A stretch of 64,000 bases of DNA, taken from the sequence record KY555145.1. One strand, written 5' to 3'. Positions 25,557-34,550 of the stretch are shown here, piece after piece. How positions within the stretch are numbered: position 1 is the first letter of the stretch; every line of letters begins with the position of its first letter. Both the position numbers and the translations under genes were made by a program. The notes beneath the pieces were generated by a model, which saw nothing but the letters and a program-made list of their open reading frames with translations, was not told the origin of the DNA and ran no database searches.

Positions 25557-27587
25557 ATGGATTTCCACGTCTTTAAGACGGCCGTCGCCAAGCAGTGGGC
25601 CGCGATGACCAAGGATGACGCGACCCTGTTCCGCGTCGACGTCGACAAGGACCTCCTGTGGTCGACCTACCTGAAGGCGTTCCCGGCTGGGACCGATCCG
25701 ATCTTCCGCGAGCGCTCCGAGCACGACTGCTCGTGCTGCCGCAACTTCATCCGCAACGCCGGCGACGCCGTGGCGGTGGTCAACGGCCAGATCGTGACGA
25801 TCTGGGATGGCAAGATCGAGGGCGAGCCGGCCTATCAGCAGGTCTCCCAGACCCTGGCGGCGCTGGTCCGCTCGCGCCCGGTGCGCGACATCTTCCTGCA
25901 CGACCAGAAGACCATCGGGACCGACAAGAACGTCGAGACCATGCTGGGCGGCGACGTCACCTGGAACCACTTCTTCGTCAATGTCCCCTCGCGCTTCGTC
26001 AAGAAGGGCAAGGACATCCCGACCGCGCTCCACCTCCCGCGCACGGCGCAGGAAACGCTCCTGCGCGCCGTCAATGAGATCACCGACGAGGCGATCGACA
26101 CGGTGCTGGACCTGATCGCCCAGAACGCGCTCTATCGCGGCGCCGAGCACAAGGCGGCGGTGGTGGCGTTCCAGAAGGCCAAGAAGACCTTCGAGGGCCT
26201 GTCGGCCGCCGACAAGGCGCTGAAGGCTTGGGTCAACGTCGCCAGCGGCGAACTCTGGGGCTCGGTCTCGGGCATCCGGAGCACGGTGATCGGCTCGCTG
26301 CTGGTCGACCTGTCGGCCGATGTCGACCTGGAGGAGGCGGTCAAGAAGTTCGAGGCCAAGGTCGCGCCGTACAATTACAAGCGCACGACCGCCCTGGTGA
26401 CCAAGAAGCAGATCGAGAACGCCAAGAAGACGATCTCCGACCTGGGCCTGACCTCGGCCCTGGAGCGGCGCTACGCCGTCCTCAAGGACGTGTCGATCAA
26501 CGACGTGCTGTTCGCCGACCGCGACGCCAAGTCGGTGATGAACGACGTCTTCGACGATCTGGCGGCCGACGTCGCCGAGAAGACCAAGTCCTATGATAAG
26601 GTCGAGGAGGTGTCGATCGACAAGTTCCTGGCCGACATCCTCCCGAGGGTGACGAGCGTCGAGGCCCTGGTCGAGAACCGCCTGACGAGCAATTTCGTCA
26701 GCCTGATCGCGCCGGTCGATCCGACCGCCGGCTCCCTCTTCAAGTGGGGGAATAACTTCTCCTGGTCCTATGCCGGGGAGGTGGCGGACTCGATCAAGGC
26801 CCGCGTCAAGGCGGCCGGCGGCAACGTCACCGGCGATCTCTGCTGCCGTCTGGCGTGGTTCAACTATGACGACCTCGACTTCCACATGAAGGAGCCGGGC
26901 GGCAACCTGATCTACTTCCGCCAGAAGTCCTCGCCCTACACGGGCGGGCGCCTCGACGTCGACATGAACGCCGGCGGGGGCCATACCCGCGAGCCGGTCG
27001 AGAACATCTTCTACGGCGACCGCCGGACGATGAAGGAAGGCGTCTACGAACTGATGGTCCATCAGTACAGCAAGCGCGAGTCCAGCAACGTCGGCTTCGA
27101 GGTGGAGATCGACTACCTGGGCTCGGTCACCCGCTACGCCTACACCACGGCCCTGCGCCAGGAGCAGGTCGTCAAGGTGGCGCAGTTCAAGTACAGCCAC
27201 GCGCGCGGCATCGAGTTCATCTCCTCGCTCCCGGCCTCGTCGGCGAGCAAGGACGTCTGGGGCGTGAAGACCGAGACCTTCCGCAGGGTCAACGTCATCA
27301 TGCTCTCGCCCAACCACTGGGAAGGCGAGCCGGGCGTGGGGAACAAGCACTGGTTCTTCATGCTGGACGGAGGCGTCAACGAGGACGGCGCCCGTGGCTT
27401 CTACAACGAGTTCCTGAAGGATAGCCTCACGCCCCACCGTCGCGTCTTCGAGATGCTGGGGTCCAAGCTGAAGCCCGCGCCGGCGACTGAACAACTCTCC
27501 GGCCTGGGCTTCTCCTCGACCAAGCGCGACGAACTCGTCGTGCGCGTCAAGGGGGCCTTCACGCGTACCCTCAAGATCAAATTCTAA
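25557..27587 (+). CDS. large conserved phage protein with a YfaP/DUF2135-like segment
   Basis: N-terminal HDCSCC; DDLDFHMKEPGG...LDVDMNAG...PVENI...GVYELMVHQY pattern; start may be 25524. Confidence 0.75.
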   Translation: MDFHVFKTAVAKQWAAMTKDDATLFRVDVDKDLLWSTYLKAFPAGTDPIFRERSEHDCSCCRNFIRNAGDAVAVVNGQIVTIWDGKIEGEPAYQQVSQTLAALVRSRPVRDIFLHDQKTIGTDKNVETMLGGDVTWNHFFVNVPSRFVKKGKDIPTALHLPRTAQETLLRAVNEITDEAIDTVLDLIAQNALYRGAEHKAAVVAFQKAKKTFEGLSAADKALKAWVNVASGELWGSVSGIRSTVIGSLLVDLSADVDLEEAVKKFEAKVAPYNYKRTTALVTKKQIENAKKTISDLGLTSALERRYAVLKDVSINDVLFADRDAKSVMNDVFDDLAADVAEKTKSYDKVEEVSIDKFLADILPRVTSVEALVENRLTSNFVSLIAPVDPTAGSLFKWGNNFSWSYAGEVADSIKARVKAAGGNVTGDLCCRLAWFNYDDLDFHMKEPGGNLIYFRQKSSPYTGGRLDVDMNAGGGHTREPVENIFYGDRRTMKEGVYELMVHQYSKRESSNVGFEVEIDYLGSVTRYAYTTALRQEQVVKVAQFKYSHARGIEFISSLPASSASKDVWGVKTETFRRVNVIMLSPNHWEGEPGVGNKHWFFMLDGGVNEDGARGFYNEFLKDSLTPHRRVFEMLGSKLKPAPATEQLSGLGFSSTKRDELVVRVKGAFTRTLKIKF

Positions 27588-27606
27588 CGGAAGGACCTGA
27601 AAGACC

Positions 27607-28029
27607 ATGAGCACCGACCTCTTCGAGATCGCCGCGCGCGAGAAGTTCCGCTTCGAAAGCCCCAAGGGCCTCCTGGGCGTGGAAGAACTGTTCGACCTGC
27701 CGCTGACCAGCACCGTCGCCGGCAAGGCCAACCTGAACGATATCGCCGTCGACCTGTTCAAGCAGATCAAGGACCTCGACAACATCTCGTTCGTCACGCC
27801 CAAGAAGGTCGACCCCTCGATCGGCCAGCGCCTGGACATCGTCAAGCGGGTGATCGAGATCAAGCAGGCCGAGAACGCGGCCAAGCTGAAGACCGCCCAG
27901 GACAAGGAGACCCTGCGCATCCTCGACGAGGCGATCGCCGCCAAGAAGTCCGAGAAGATCGCCGGCACCTCGCTGGAAGACCTCGAAGCCCAGCGCGCGG
28001 CCTTGCTCTCGGGCGGCGCCTCCGCCTAA
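27607..28029 (+). CDS. conserved phage coiled-coil protein (FRFESPKG...LFDLPL)
   Basis: AAGGA RBS; follows the large protein. Confidence 0.8.
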   Translation: MSTDLFEIAAREKFRFESPKGLLGVEELFDLPLTSTVAGKANLNDIAVDLFKQIKDLDNISFVTPKKVDPSIGQRLDIVKRVIEIKQAENAAKLKTAQDKETLRILDEAIAAKKSEKIAGTSLEDLEAQRAALLSGGASA

Positions 28030-28055
28030 GCCTTCGGGCGGGCTGACATAGGCGC

Positions 28056-28101
28056 TTGACAACACTCTCGCGCCAACATAGAAGGGCCTCCGACGACAAC
28101 G
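28056..28101 (+). promoter_or_regulatory. sigma70-type promoter with CGACGACAACG leader
   Basis: TTGACA-17-TAGAAG-6-CGACGACAACG; core identical to 14168 and 30811. Confidence 0.85.
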
Positions 28102-28116
28102 CCGGAGGCCCTTTTC

Positions 28117-28347
28117 ATGCACTGCATGACCCCGATCAAGAAGCCCGTCACCGATCCCGAGTTCGGGATGTCGGTGAAGGATGTCGAACTGAACGGCCGC
28201 AAATACCGCGTCAGCCGCTCTGGTGAGGTTCGAGGCTACGTGCGGAACGCCCGCGTTCTGACCATCCAACACTGGGACCTTCGCCTGCTGCCGCTGACGG
28301 GTCCCACGGCGATCCGTGCGCGCGCCGCGTCGGGATGGTTCGAATGA
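28117..28347 (+). CDS. hypothetical protein
   Basis: GGAGG RBS. Confidence 0.7.
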   Translation: MHCMTPIKKPVTDPEFGMSVKDVELNGRKYRVSRSGEVRGYVRNARVLTIQHWDLRLLPLTGPTAIRARAASGWFE

Positions 28348-28574
28348 CCTACGCTGCACACCGCGACGAAATCAAGGCCTGGAACAAGGCCAATCCCAAA
28401 TTCTGGATGAACTACGACTACCTGACCGCGTCGGGTCGTCCGGCCAAGCGTCCGTTCATCCTCAACATCAAGATCGGCGGGGCTGAGCACCACCTGCACT
28501 TCGTCGCCCGCTACGCCTCGTTCGCCGGCGCCCAGAAGGCCGCCGCGAGCCTCGAAGCCGAGGTGGCTGCATGA
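28344..28574 (+). CDS. hypothetical protein (MTYAAH...)
   Basis: ATGA overlap. Confidence 0.7.
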   Translation: MTYAAHRDEIKAWNKANPKFWMNYDYLTASGRPAKRPFILNIKIGGAEHHLHFVARYASFAGAQKAAASLEAEVAA

Positions 28575-29023
28575 CCTACCCCATCCAGATCGATCCCGCG
28601 ATCCTCGCCCTGGGCGCCGCCTGGAAGGCGGCTGACATCCTGGAGCGCGACCTGCGCGCCAAATGGACCTACGACAGCCACGACCGCGCCACCTACGAGG
28701 CCTGGAAGCTCGCCGACGACGCGCGCAACGCCGCCTTCAAGGCGATGACCAGCGCCCTGCCCGATCCGGGCAAGCCGGTGTTCATCAGTCCCACCGACTG
28801 GCTGGCCCAGCAGGGCAACTGGCGCACCTACTATGCGCCGGTGAAGGCCTGGAACTCGGCGCCGCACTGGAACAACTGGTACCCGTGCCTGGGCCACTAT
28901 GAGTTCAACGCCCACACCGGCGAGCACTTCTACCGTGGGGCCGAGATGTACGACCGCTGCATCGAGGAGGCCGTCCGGCGCAATGCCGAGTACGCGGCAT
29001 ACTACGCCAAGAAGGCCGCCTGA
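28571..29023 (+). CDS. aromatic-rich hypothetical protein
   Basis: GAGG RBS, ATGA overlap. Confidence 0.8.
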   Translation: MTYPIQIDPAILALGAAWKAADILERDLRAKWTYDSHDRATYEAWKLADDARNAAFKAMTSALPDPGKPVFISPTDWLAQQGNWRTYYAPVKAWNSAPHWNNWYPCLGHYEFNAHTGEHFYRGAEMYDRCIEEAVRRNAEYAAYYAKKAA

Positions 29024-29024
29024 C

Positions 29025-29273
29025 ATGACCAAGTCCATCCAGGTCCAGCGCGGCAAGACCACCTATCTCGTCACCTTCGACGAGGCTGGGCAGGTCTCGT
29101 CGATCATCGGCGTCGCGGTGGTCGGCAAGGTCCCGCGCTACAAGGGCGGCACGCGCCGCGTCACCTATTCCGGCGGCGGCAACGGCTGGTACGCCAGCGC
29201 CGGCCGCCCCATCCCCATGCAGCTTCGCCCGATCGCGGACGAGGCGTTCCAGATCAAGGAGGCCCAGTCTTGA
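29025..29273 (+). CDS. hypothetical protein (MTKSIQ...)
   Basis: Packed in operon. Confidence 0.7.
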   Translation: MTKSIQVQRGKTTYLVTFDEAGQVSSIIGVAVVGKVPRYKGGTRRVTYSGGGNGWYASAGRPIPMQLRPIADEAFQIKEAQS

Positions 29274-30079
29274 GCGACTTCCAGCTTTCCGCCCAGCACC
29301 AGCGGATCGTCAACAACACGATCGACGCGCTGGACTATCTCTTTCGGCGCAATGGCGAGCCGTCCTCGGGCGGTGAGATGCCGTTCAACCGCCTCGATCT
29401 CGGGAGCATCGCCGACAACCTCTCGGCCGTCCTGGCGGTGCTCCCCAGCCACGCCGACATCCTGACGAAGTACCTCTTCATCGCCCAGGGGCTGCTTCGC
29501 GAGATCGCCAACTATCACGCGGCAAAGCCCGACGAACTGCGCCGGATGGCGCAGGCCCTGCGCCCCTTCTACAAAACCCGCGCCGCCGGCGGCCTGTCGC
29601 CCGCCGCCCAGCAGACCCTTGACTTCATGGTCGAGGGCCTTCGCTTCCTGGCTGAAAACGACTGCGAGCCCCCGTCGGGCGGCGAGCAGATGTACAACCG
29701 TATCTCGCTCCTGAGCCGCACCGGCTCGGACGCCAAGCGCCTGCGCCAGGAGGCGCCCAACCTCGACGTGGTGATCACCCAGGTCGAGGCCCTGTTCATC
29801 GACCTCTGGCACTATCGCGCCATCGCCATGAAGGACGTCAAGGACGCCTTGGAGGCCCTGGAGCCCTACTATGTTCCGCCCGCCTGGACGGTCACGCCGG
29901 CCCCCGCGCCGGCGGCGGCAAAGCCCGCCGCTCGCATCGTTTCGAAGGCCGAGGCCCTGGAACTGCTCGACCACATCGCGGTCACGGCCTCGACCCTGCG
30001 GATGCAGATGGGGCCGGCCAACGCCGACATCACGCTGGAGCGGGTCAAGACGCTCGAAGCCTTCGTCAATCAGCAATAG
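29270..30079 (+). CDS. hypothetical protein with internal domain duplication
   Basis: TTG after AAGGAGG; EPSSGGEMPFNR and EPPSGGEQMYNR repeats. Confidence 0.8.
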   Translation: MSDFQLSAQHQRIVNNTIDALDYLFRRNGEPSSGGEMPFNRLDLGSIADNLSAVLAVLPSHADILTKYLFIAQGLLREIANYHAAKPDELRRMAQALRPFYKTRAAGGLSPAAQQTLDFMVEGLRFLAENDCEPPSGGEQMYNRISLLSRTGSDAKRLRQEAPNLDVVITQVEALFIDLWHYRAIAMKDVKDALEALEPYYVPPAWTVTPAPAPAAAKPAARIVSKAEALELLDHIAVTASTLRMQMGPANADITLERVKTLEAFVNQQ

Positions 30080-30087
30080 AGGCCAGC

Positions 30088-30537
30088 ATGACCACTCCGC
30101 TCTGCCTGAACCCGGACGGTGCCGACTTCCAGGCCCAGGCCGTCCTCGCCCTGGTTCGCTTCGTCATTGGCGATGACTTCGAGCCATCCTGGAACGCCCA
30201 GAAGCAGGTCTTCGAGGGCGAGCCCCAGGTCGCCCACTTCGATAGCCCCCGCTGCCACGGCTACGTGATCTGGCTGGTCGATCGTCGCGCCCTGGCGCTC
30301 GGCGGCGAGGCCCGGCAGATCAACATCGTCTTCTACCAGCACGGGGTCAGCGACGAGATCGTCATCAACGCGTGGCTGGGCGAGACCAACCGCTGGATGG
30401 TCCCGACCTATCACGACATGCCCGACATCGAGAAGATGTTCAGGCGCGTCACCTTCCGCTGCCTGGACGTCAAGTCGGCCGCCTACTACGTCGCCGACCT
30501 GATGAAGGATTTCTGGGCCGAGGGCTCGCCGCGATGA
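30088..30537 (+). CDS. hypothetical protein
   Basis: AGAGG RBS. Confidence 0.75.
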   Translation: MTTPLCLNPDGADFQAQAVLALVRFVIGDDFEPSWNAQKQVFEGEPQVAHFDSPRCHGYVIWLVDRRALALGGEARQINIVFYQHGVSDEIVINAWLGETNRWMVPTYHDMPDIEKMFRRVTFRCLDVKSAAYYVADLMKDFWAEGSPR

Positions 30538-30836
30538 GCGACCACGACGCCTGCCTGACCAACTGGGTCCTCTGCGACGCGCCCGCCGGCGGGCTGGTGG
30601 TGATCGGCGAGATCATGGCCGACAAGCGCGGGCGCTGGCCGGACGGGCGGCTCATCCACACCTCGCTCCTCCGGGTCAAGGCCGAGGCGGTGGCGCCGGG
30701 CGCGGTGGTCGCCACGCTCAACTCCCGCTACATCCTGGGGCGCAAGGCCGAGGAGATCACCGTCCGTCACTTCGTCGGGGCGATGCTCGCCCGCGTCGCG
30801 ATCAGACCGCTTGACAACACTCTCGCGCCAACATAG
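30534..30836 (+). CDS. hypothetical protein (MSDHDAC...)
   Basis: ATGA overlap; DKRGRWPDGRLIHTS...TLNSRYILG. Confidence 0.75.
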   Translation: MSDHDACLTNWVLCDAPAGGLVVIGEIMADKRGRWPDGRLIHTSLLRVKAEAVAPGAVVATLNSRYILGRKAEEITVRHFVGAMLARVAIRPLDNTLAPT

Positions 30837-30888
30837 AAGGGTCCTCGACGACAACGGCTGTCCGAAATTTGTAGACGGATTTCGGACA
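30811..30888 (+). promoter_or_regulatory. sigma70-type promoter with CGACGACAACG leader followed by a 10-bp hairpin
   Basis: TTGACA-17-TAGAAG-6-CGACGACAACG; TGTCCGAAAT-N10-ATTTCGGACA at 30859-30888. Confidence 0.8.
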
Positions 30889-30903
30889 TAGAGGAGCACC
30901 CCG

Positions 30904-31287
30904 ATGGCCCAGCGCCTGAAGATCAAGGAAGTCGTGGTGGCGCAGCAGGACGCTGTCTACCACTGGCGTGGCGAGGAAGGCGACGAGTATCAGGTCATGA
31001 GCCTCGTCCACGTCCAGACCCTGGACGGCCGCTGGTTCCTGATGCCGGCCATGCGCCCCTACACCCGCGCCGAGGAGGCCGCGTTCGACGAGGCCTGCGG
31101 CGAAATCCTGTTCGGGATGAAGACCCGCTACTCGGACCCGCAGGCCTTCGCCGCCATCGTTCGCGCCGCCGGCTCGATCGATCCTGATCTGTGGGTCGAG
31201 TATCAGCCCGACACCCGCACCCTGGAAGAGAAGTTCCACGACGACTGGGTCGAGGAACAGTTCGACCGCCAACGCTTCGCCGCCTGA
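30904..31287 (+). CDS. hypothetical protein
   Basis: AGAGGAG RBS. Confidence 0.8.
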   Translation: MAQRLKIKEVVVAQQDAVYHWRGEEGDEYQVMSLVHVQTLDGRWFLMPAMRPYTRAEEAAFDEACGEILFGMKTRYSDPQAFAAIVRAAGSIDPDLWVEYQPDTRTLEEKFHDDWVEEQFDRQRFAA

Positions 31288-31298
31288 GGAGGACCCCG

Positions 31299-31766
31299 AT
31301 GAGCTACCAACAAGCCATGATGGACGCCCAGGTGGAGTTCCACGCCCGCGAGATGGACGTCAGCGACCGCGCCTGGGAGCGCTTCGTCAAGAAGCTGGAG
31401 GACGTCCTGGGCTTCGACATCGACGCCGACAACTCCGAGGAGGCCAAGGCCTTCTACTGCGACATGGGCTACTCGCTCGACGAGACCTTCGAGATGTTCG
31501 ACAAGGGCATGAGCGTCGAGCAGGCCCGCGTCGCCATCCTGCGCGGCGCCTATGAGGCCGCCGCCCGCGCCGCCGGCGTGGGCCTGGACGCCCTGGTCGA
31601 GGCCAAGAAGCGCGCCGTCGCCACCCGTGACGCCCTGCCCGAAAAGCGCAAGGTGGACCGCGAGCAGTACGCCCGCTACGCCGAACTGCTGGGCAAGATG
31701 ATCGCCCGCATCCGCGAGGTCGGTGACGACTCGGGCGCGGCGCTTGAGAAGGCGTTCGGCCAATGA
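31299..31766 (+). CDS. hypothetical protein (MSYQQA...)
   Basis: GAGGAGG RBS. Confidence 0.8.
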   Translation: MSYQQAMMDAQVEFHAREMDVSDRAWERFVKKLEDVLGFDIDADNSEEAKAFYCDMGYSLDETFEMFDKGMSVEQARVAILRGAYEAAARAAGVGLDALVEAKKRAVATRDALPEKRKVDREQYARYAELLGKMIARIREVGDDSGAALEKAFGQ

Positions 31767-31990
31767 GCGGCGGTCTCCACATGCGCCGGATCGATCACCC
31801 GCCGGGCCATGAGCTTCATGGCGTCACCGAGCGCGAGTTCGAGTGGTTCGGCAAGTCCTACCACGTGCGCAAAGAATCTGGCGCCGTGCGGGTCTGGGTC
31901 CGCAAGAAGCGTGGAAGCCACTACCGGTTCCTGTCGCGCGACAGCGTGATCGCCGCCTGCGTCCGCCAAGCCTCGGGGCTGTTCCAATGA
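31763..31990 (+). CDS. basic hypothetical protein
   Basis: ATGA overlap. Confidence 0.7.
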   Translation: MSGGLHMRRIDHPPGHELHGVTEREFEWFGKSYHVRKESGAVRVWVRKKRGSHYRFLSRDSVIAACVRQASGLFQ

Positions 31991-32379
31991 GCCGCCCGTC
32001 GATCGCGGTGGTCGCCGCCACGCCCGCCCTGACGCCCATGCACTGGGAGATCGTCGACCTCAAGGTCTGCGACGACAGCCGGGTCAAGCTGAACGGCGAT
32101 GGGACGATGTTCGCCCGCGCCGCCGACCCGACGGCGCTGGGCTGGATTCCGTTCAAGATCGTTCTGGGCTGCTTTGAGACCTTCGCCGACGCCTACGAGG
32201 CCCGCCACAAGGCCCGGTCGCTCTGGTTCAAAGCGGCCGAAACGGTCGACGCCGCCGCCGAGGCGGTGGTCGCCGCCGAACAGGCCCTAGCGCGCGCCCG
32301 CGCCGTTCAAGCCCAAGCCGAAAGCGCCCAGCGCGCGTCCTGTCGCGAGCCGTTCCTCGGCACGCCCACCGACTACTAG
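31987..32379 (+). CDS. hypothetical protein (MSRPSI...)
   Basis: ATGA overlap. Confidence 0.7.
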   Translation: MSRPSIAVVAATPALTPMHWEIVDLKVCDDSRVKLNGDGTMFARAADPTALGWIPFKIVLGCFETFADAYEARHKARSLWFKAAETVDAAAEAVVAAEQALARARAVQAQAESAQRASCREPFLGTPTDY

Positions 32380-32387
32380 GAGGTCCC

Positions 32388-32765
32388 ATGCGCAAGCCCA
32401 AGAAGACCGAGCAGGCCTATATCGTGTCGGGGACGTGGCCGTTTCCAACCGACATGCTGCGCTATGACGACGCCCGCCCGGCGACCGAGGGCGACGCCAA
32501 CCTGATCAAGGCCCTGGAGAGCGAGGACCCCTCACTTTCGGACCTGCGCAATCGCGTCCAGATCAAGCTGATCCGCCCGGCCAACGGCCTGCCCGCCGTC
32601 AAGCGCTGGGAGTCCTTCCTCTGGAAGGTCGTGGGCGGCGACGAGGAGGTCGCGGCGGACGTGGCGTGGCGCGACGCCCTGGATAACCGCGACGCCCTGC
32701 GCAAGTCCGGCCTCGCCAAGCTGACCCCCGCCGAGCGCGCCGCGCTCAATCTCGACATCCGCTAG
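32388..32765 (+). CDS. conserved phage hypothetical protein (FPTDMLRYD motif)
   Basis: AGGAGG RBS. Confidence 0.8.
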   Translation: MRKPKKTEQAYIVSGTWPFPTDMLRYDDARPATEGDANLIKALESEDPSLSDLRNRVQIKLIRPANGLPAVKRWESFLWKVVGGDEEVAADVAWRDALDNRDALRKSGLAKLTPAERAALNLDIR

Positions 32766-32779
32766 GACAAGGAGGCCCC

Positions 32780-33265
32780 ATGCCCTGCAATTCCGAATAC
32801 CAACAGCCCAACCAGCGCGAAGCCGAGTCCAAGAAGGTCGCCGGCCTGCTGGTCTACGTCCACAACAAGCTGGGCCGCACCGATCTGCCGCGCAGCGTCG
32901 AGTTGGCCGCCACCACCTACTATGGCGCGCCCGAACGCTGCGATGAACTGACCGAGCGCCTCTGCTCGATGCTGCGCGATCTGACGGTCGACGAGCAGAA
33001 CGCGGTCCTCTACGACGGCCGCATCCCCAAGGCCCGCGAACTGGCCGACTGGTGGGAGCGCCACCAGGAGCATGACCGCCAGCGCGCCGAGGCCGAAGCC
33101 CGCGCCGCCAAGCCGACCCTGAAGCAAGCCGTCTCCTCGGTGATCGCCCAACTCGACTATTCGGCCAACGCCAAGGTGTTCCCGACCGAGGGCGGCGAAG
33201 CCCTGCCGCCGAAGCTGGCCCAGGCGCTGAACGAGATGACCGACGCCTGGAACGACGGTCGTTGA
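32780..33265 (+). CDS. hypothetical protein (MPC...WWERHQEHD)
   Basis: AAGGAGG RBS. Confidence 0.8.
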   Translation: MPCNSEYQQPNQREAESKKVAGLLVYVHNKLGRTDLPRSVELAATTYYGAPERCDELTERLCSMLRDLTVDEQNAVLYDGRIPKARELADWWERHQEHDRQRAEAEARAAKPTLKQAVSSVIAQLDYSANAKVFPTEGGEALPPKLAQALNEMTDAWNDGR

Positions 33266-33282
33266 TCGTTGGCTCCGATGTG

Positions 33283-33330
33283 TTGACAAGAAGCGGCGGC
33301 CTCCTGTAGAAGCTCTCTCGACGACAACAG
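33283..33330 (+). promoter_or_regulatory. sigma70-type promoter with CGACGACAACAG leader
   Basis: TTGACA-18-TAGAAG-6-CGACGACAACAG followed by GAGG. Confidence 0.85.
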
Positions 33331-33341
33331 GAGGCCCCGCC

Positions 33342-33836
33342 TTGACCAGCCAGATCGTAGCCGGAACCCAGTTCGAAGACGCCGTCACCCTCGGCGTCGA
33401 GATCATCCAGACCAAGCCGGCGCACCTGACCGCCGGTGAAGCGGTCGAGAAGTTCCAGCACCAGCCGGATGAGTTCCGTGAACTGGTGACCCGCTTCAAC
33501 AAGGCGACCGCCGCCCTGCCGGCGGTGGTCAATGGCCACCAGAGGCAATCGACCTGCGCCCAGTGGGTGCTCGACGCGAGCCAGCGGCTCATCGACCTGC
33601 CGTTCGAGACGATCGAGCAGCGCGTGGAATTCTACGCCAAGCAGATGGCGATCCCAGCCTACGGCTATCTGATGGATCGCTACAAGGACCGGCTCGACGC
33701 CAAGATCGCCATCGTCCGGGCCTGCCTGGAAGACCGCAACCACATCGGGGCCAGCTACAACCTGAAGGGCCTGGAGGAGGACTTCCAGGAGATGGTTGAC
33801 CGCCACGACGACCTCGTGTCGGACGGCTATCCGTAA
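33342..33836 (+). CDS. hypothetical protein
   Basis: TTG after AGGAGG. Confidence 0.75.
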   Translation: MTSQIVAGTQFEDAVTLGVEIIQTKPAHLTAGEAVEKFQHQPDEFRELVTRFNKATAALPAVVNGHQRQSTCAQWVLDASQRLIDLPFETIEQRVEFYAKQMAIPAYGYLMDRYKDRLDAKIAIVRACLEDRNHIGASYNLKGLEEDFQEMVDRHDDLVSDGYP

Positions 33837-33847
33837 GGAGACTCGAC

Positions 33848-34204
33848 ATGCCCAAGCCCATCCCCCAAGGCCGTTATGGCATCGCCGGTTTCACCGGCTG
33901 GTCGCCCCAGCACTTCAAGGTCGTCGATCTCAACACCACCGTCCATGAAGAGGACGAGGACGACGAGAACTGGTACGCCCTGGACCTGGATGGCGAGCCG
34001 TTCAGTTATGGCGTGATCAAAGCGCGCTTCGCCACCGCCGAGGACGCGCAGGCCAACCTCTTGGCGGCGCAGGCCGCCTACGCCGAGCAAGACAAGATCG
34101 TCAAGGGTCTTCAGGCTGCCTACGAGGATGTCAAGCGCAAGCTCGAACTGGCCGTCTCCAAGCGCGGGCTGGAATACCGCAAAGCCATGATGGGCGAGGC
34201 TTGA
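33848..34204 (+). CDS. hypothetical protein with C-terminal coiled coil
   Basis: TAAGGAG RBS. Confidence 0.8.
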   Translation: MPKPIPQGRYGIAGFTGWSPQHFKVVDLNTTVHEEDEDDENWYALDLDGEPFSYGVIKARFATAEDAQANLLAAQAAYAEQDKIVKGLQAAYEDVKRKLELAVSKRGLEYRKAMMGEA

Positions 34205-34214
34205 AAAACCCCCA

Positions 34215-34243
34215 TTGCAGTCCAGCCGGGTCCAGCTTAGCTT
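34215..34243 (+). promoter_or_regulatory. candidate promoter for the 34280-35051 cassette
   Basis: TTGCAG-17-TAGCTT; spacer holds TCCAGC twice; no CGACGACAAC leader. Confidence 0.45.
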
Positions 34244-34279
34244 CGGCGCGCCGCGCTGTTGCGGCCGTGAGGATTCGGT

Positions 34280-34540
34280 ATGGACAGGCTCAAAGTCAAA
34301 CTCTTCGCCAAGGGGATTCAGACCTCGGCGGAAGCGCTGGTCGATGCGATCGCGACGCTCCCCGACGGTCCGGAGAAGGACGCGGTGGTCGCGGCCGAAC
34401 AGCAGCTTCATGCCCGCCTCAACTGGGGCGCGGCGAAGGCCGGCGAGTTCTTCGGGGACGAATCGATCTCGCTCCTGGCGCGCCGTCGCACCGGCGGCGA
34501 AGACAAGCCGGACGCTCCGGAAGTTCCGCCCGGCGGCTGA
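34280..34540 (+). CDS. 86-aa helical protein with C-terminal RRRTGGEDKP tail
   Basis: GAGGA RBS. Confidence 0.75.
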   Translation: MDRLKVKLFAKGIQTSAEALVDAIATLPDGPEKDAVVAAEQQLHARLNWGAAKAGEFFGDESISLLARRRTGGEDKPDAPEVPPGG

Positions 34541-34550
34541 CGGGTGCGTC

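Noticed and set aside
25509-27968. 819-aa minus-strand ORF (likewise 10548..12326 and 6942..8207)
   Set aside because: Antisense shadows of well-supported plus-strand genes.
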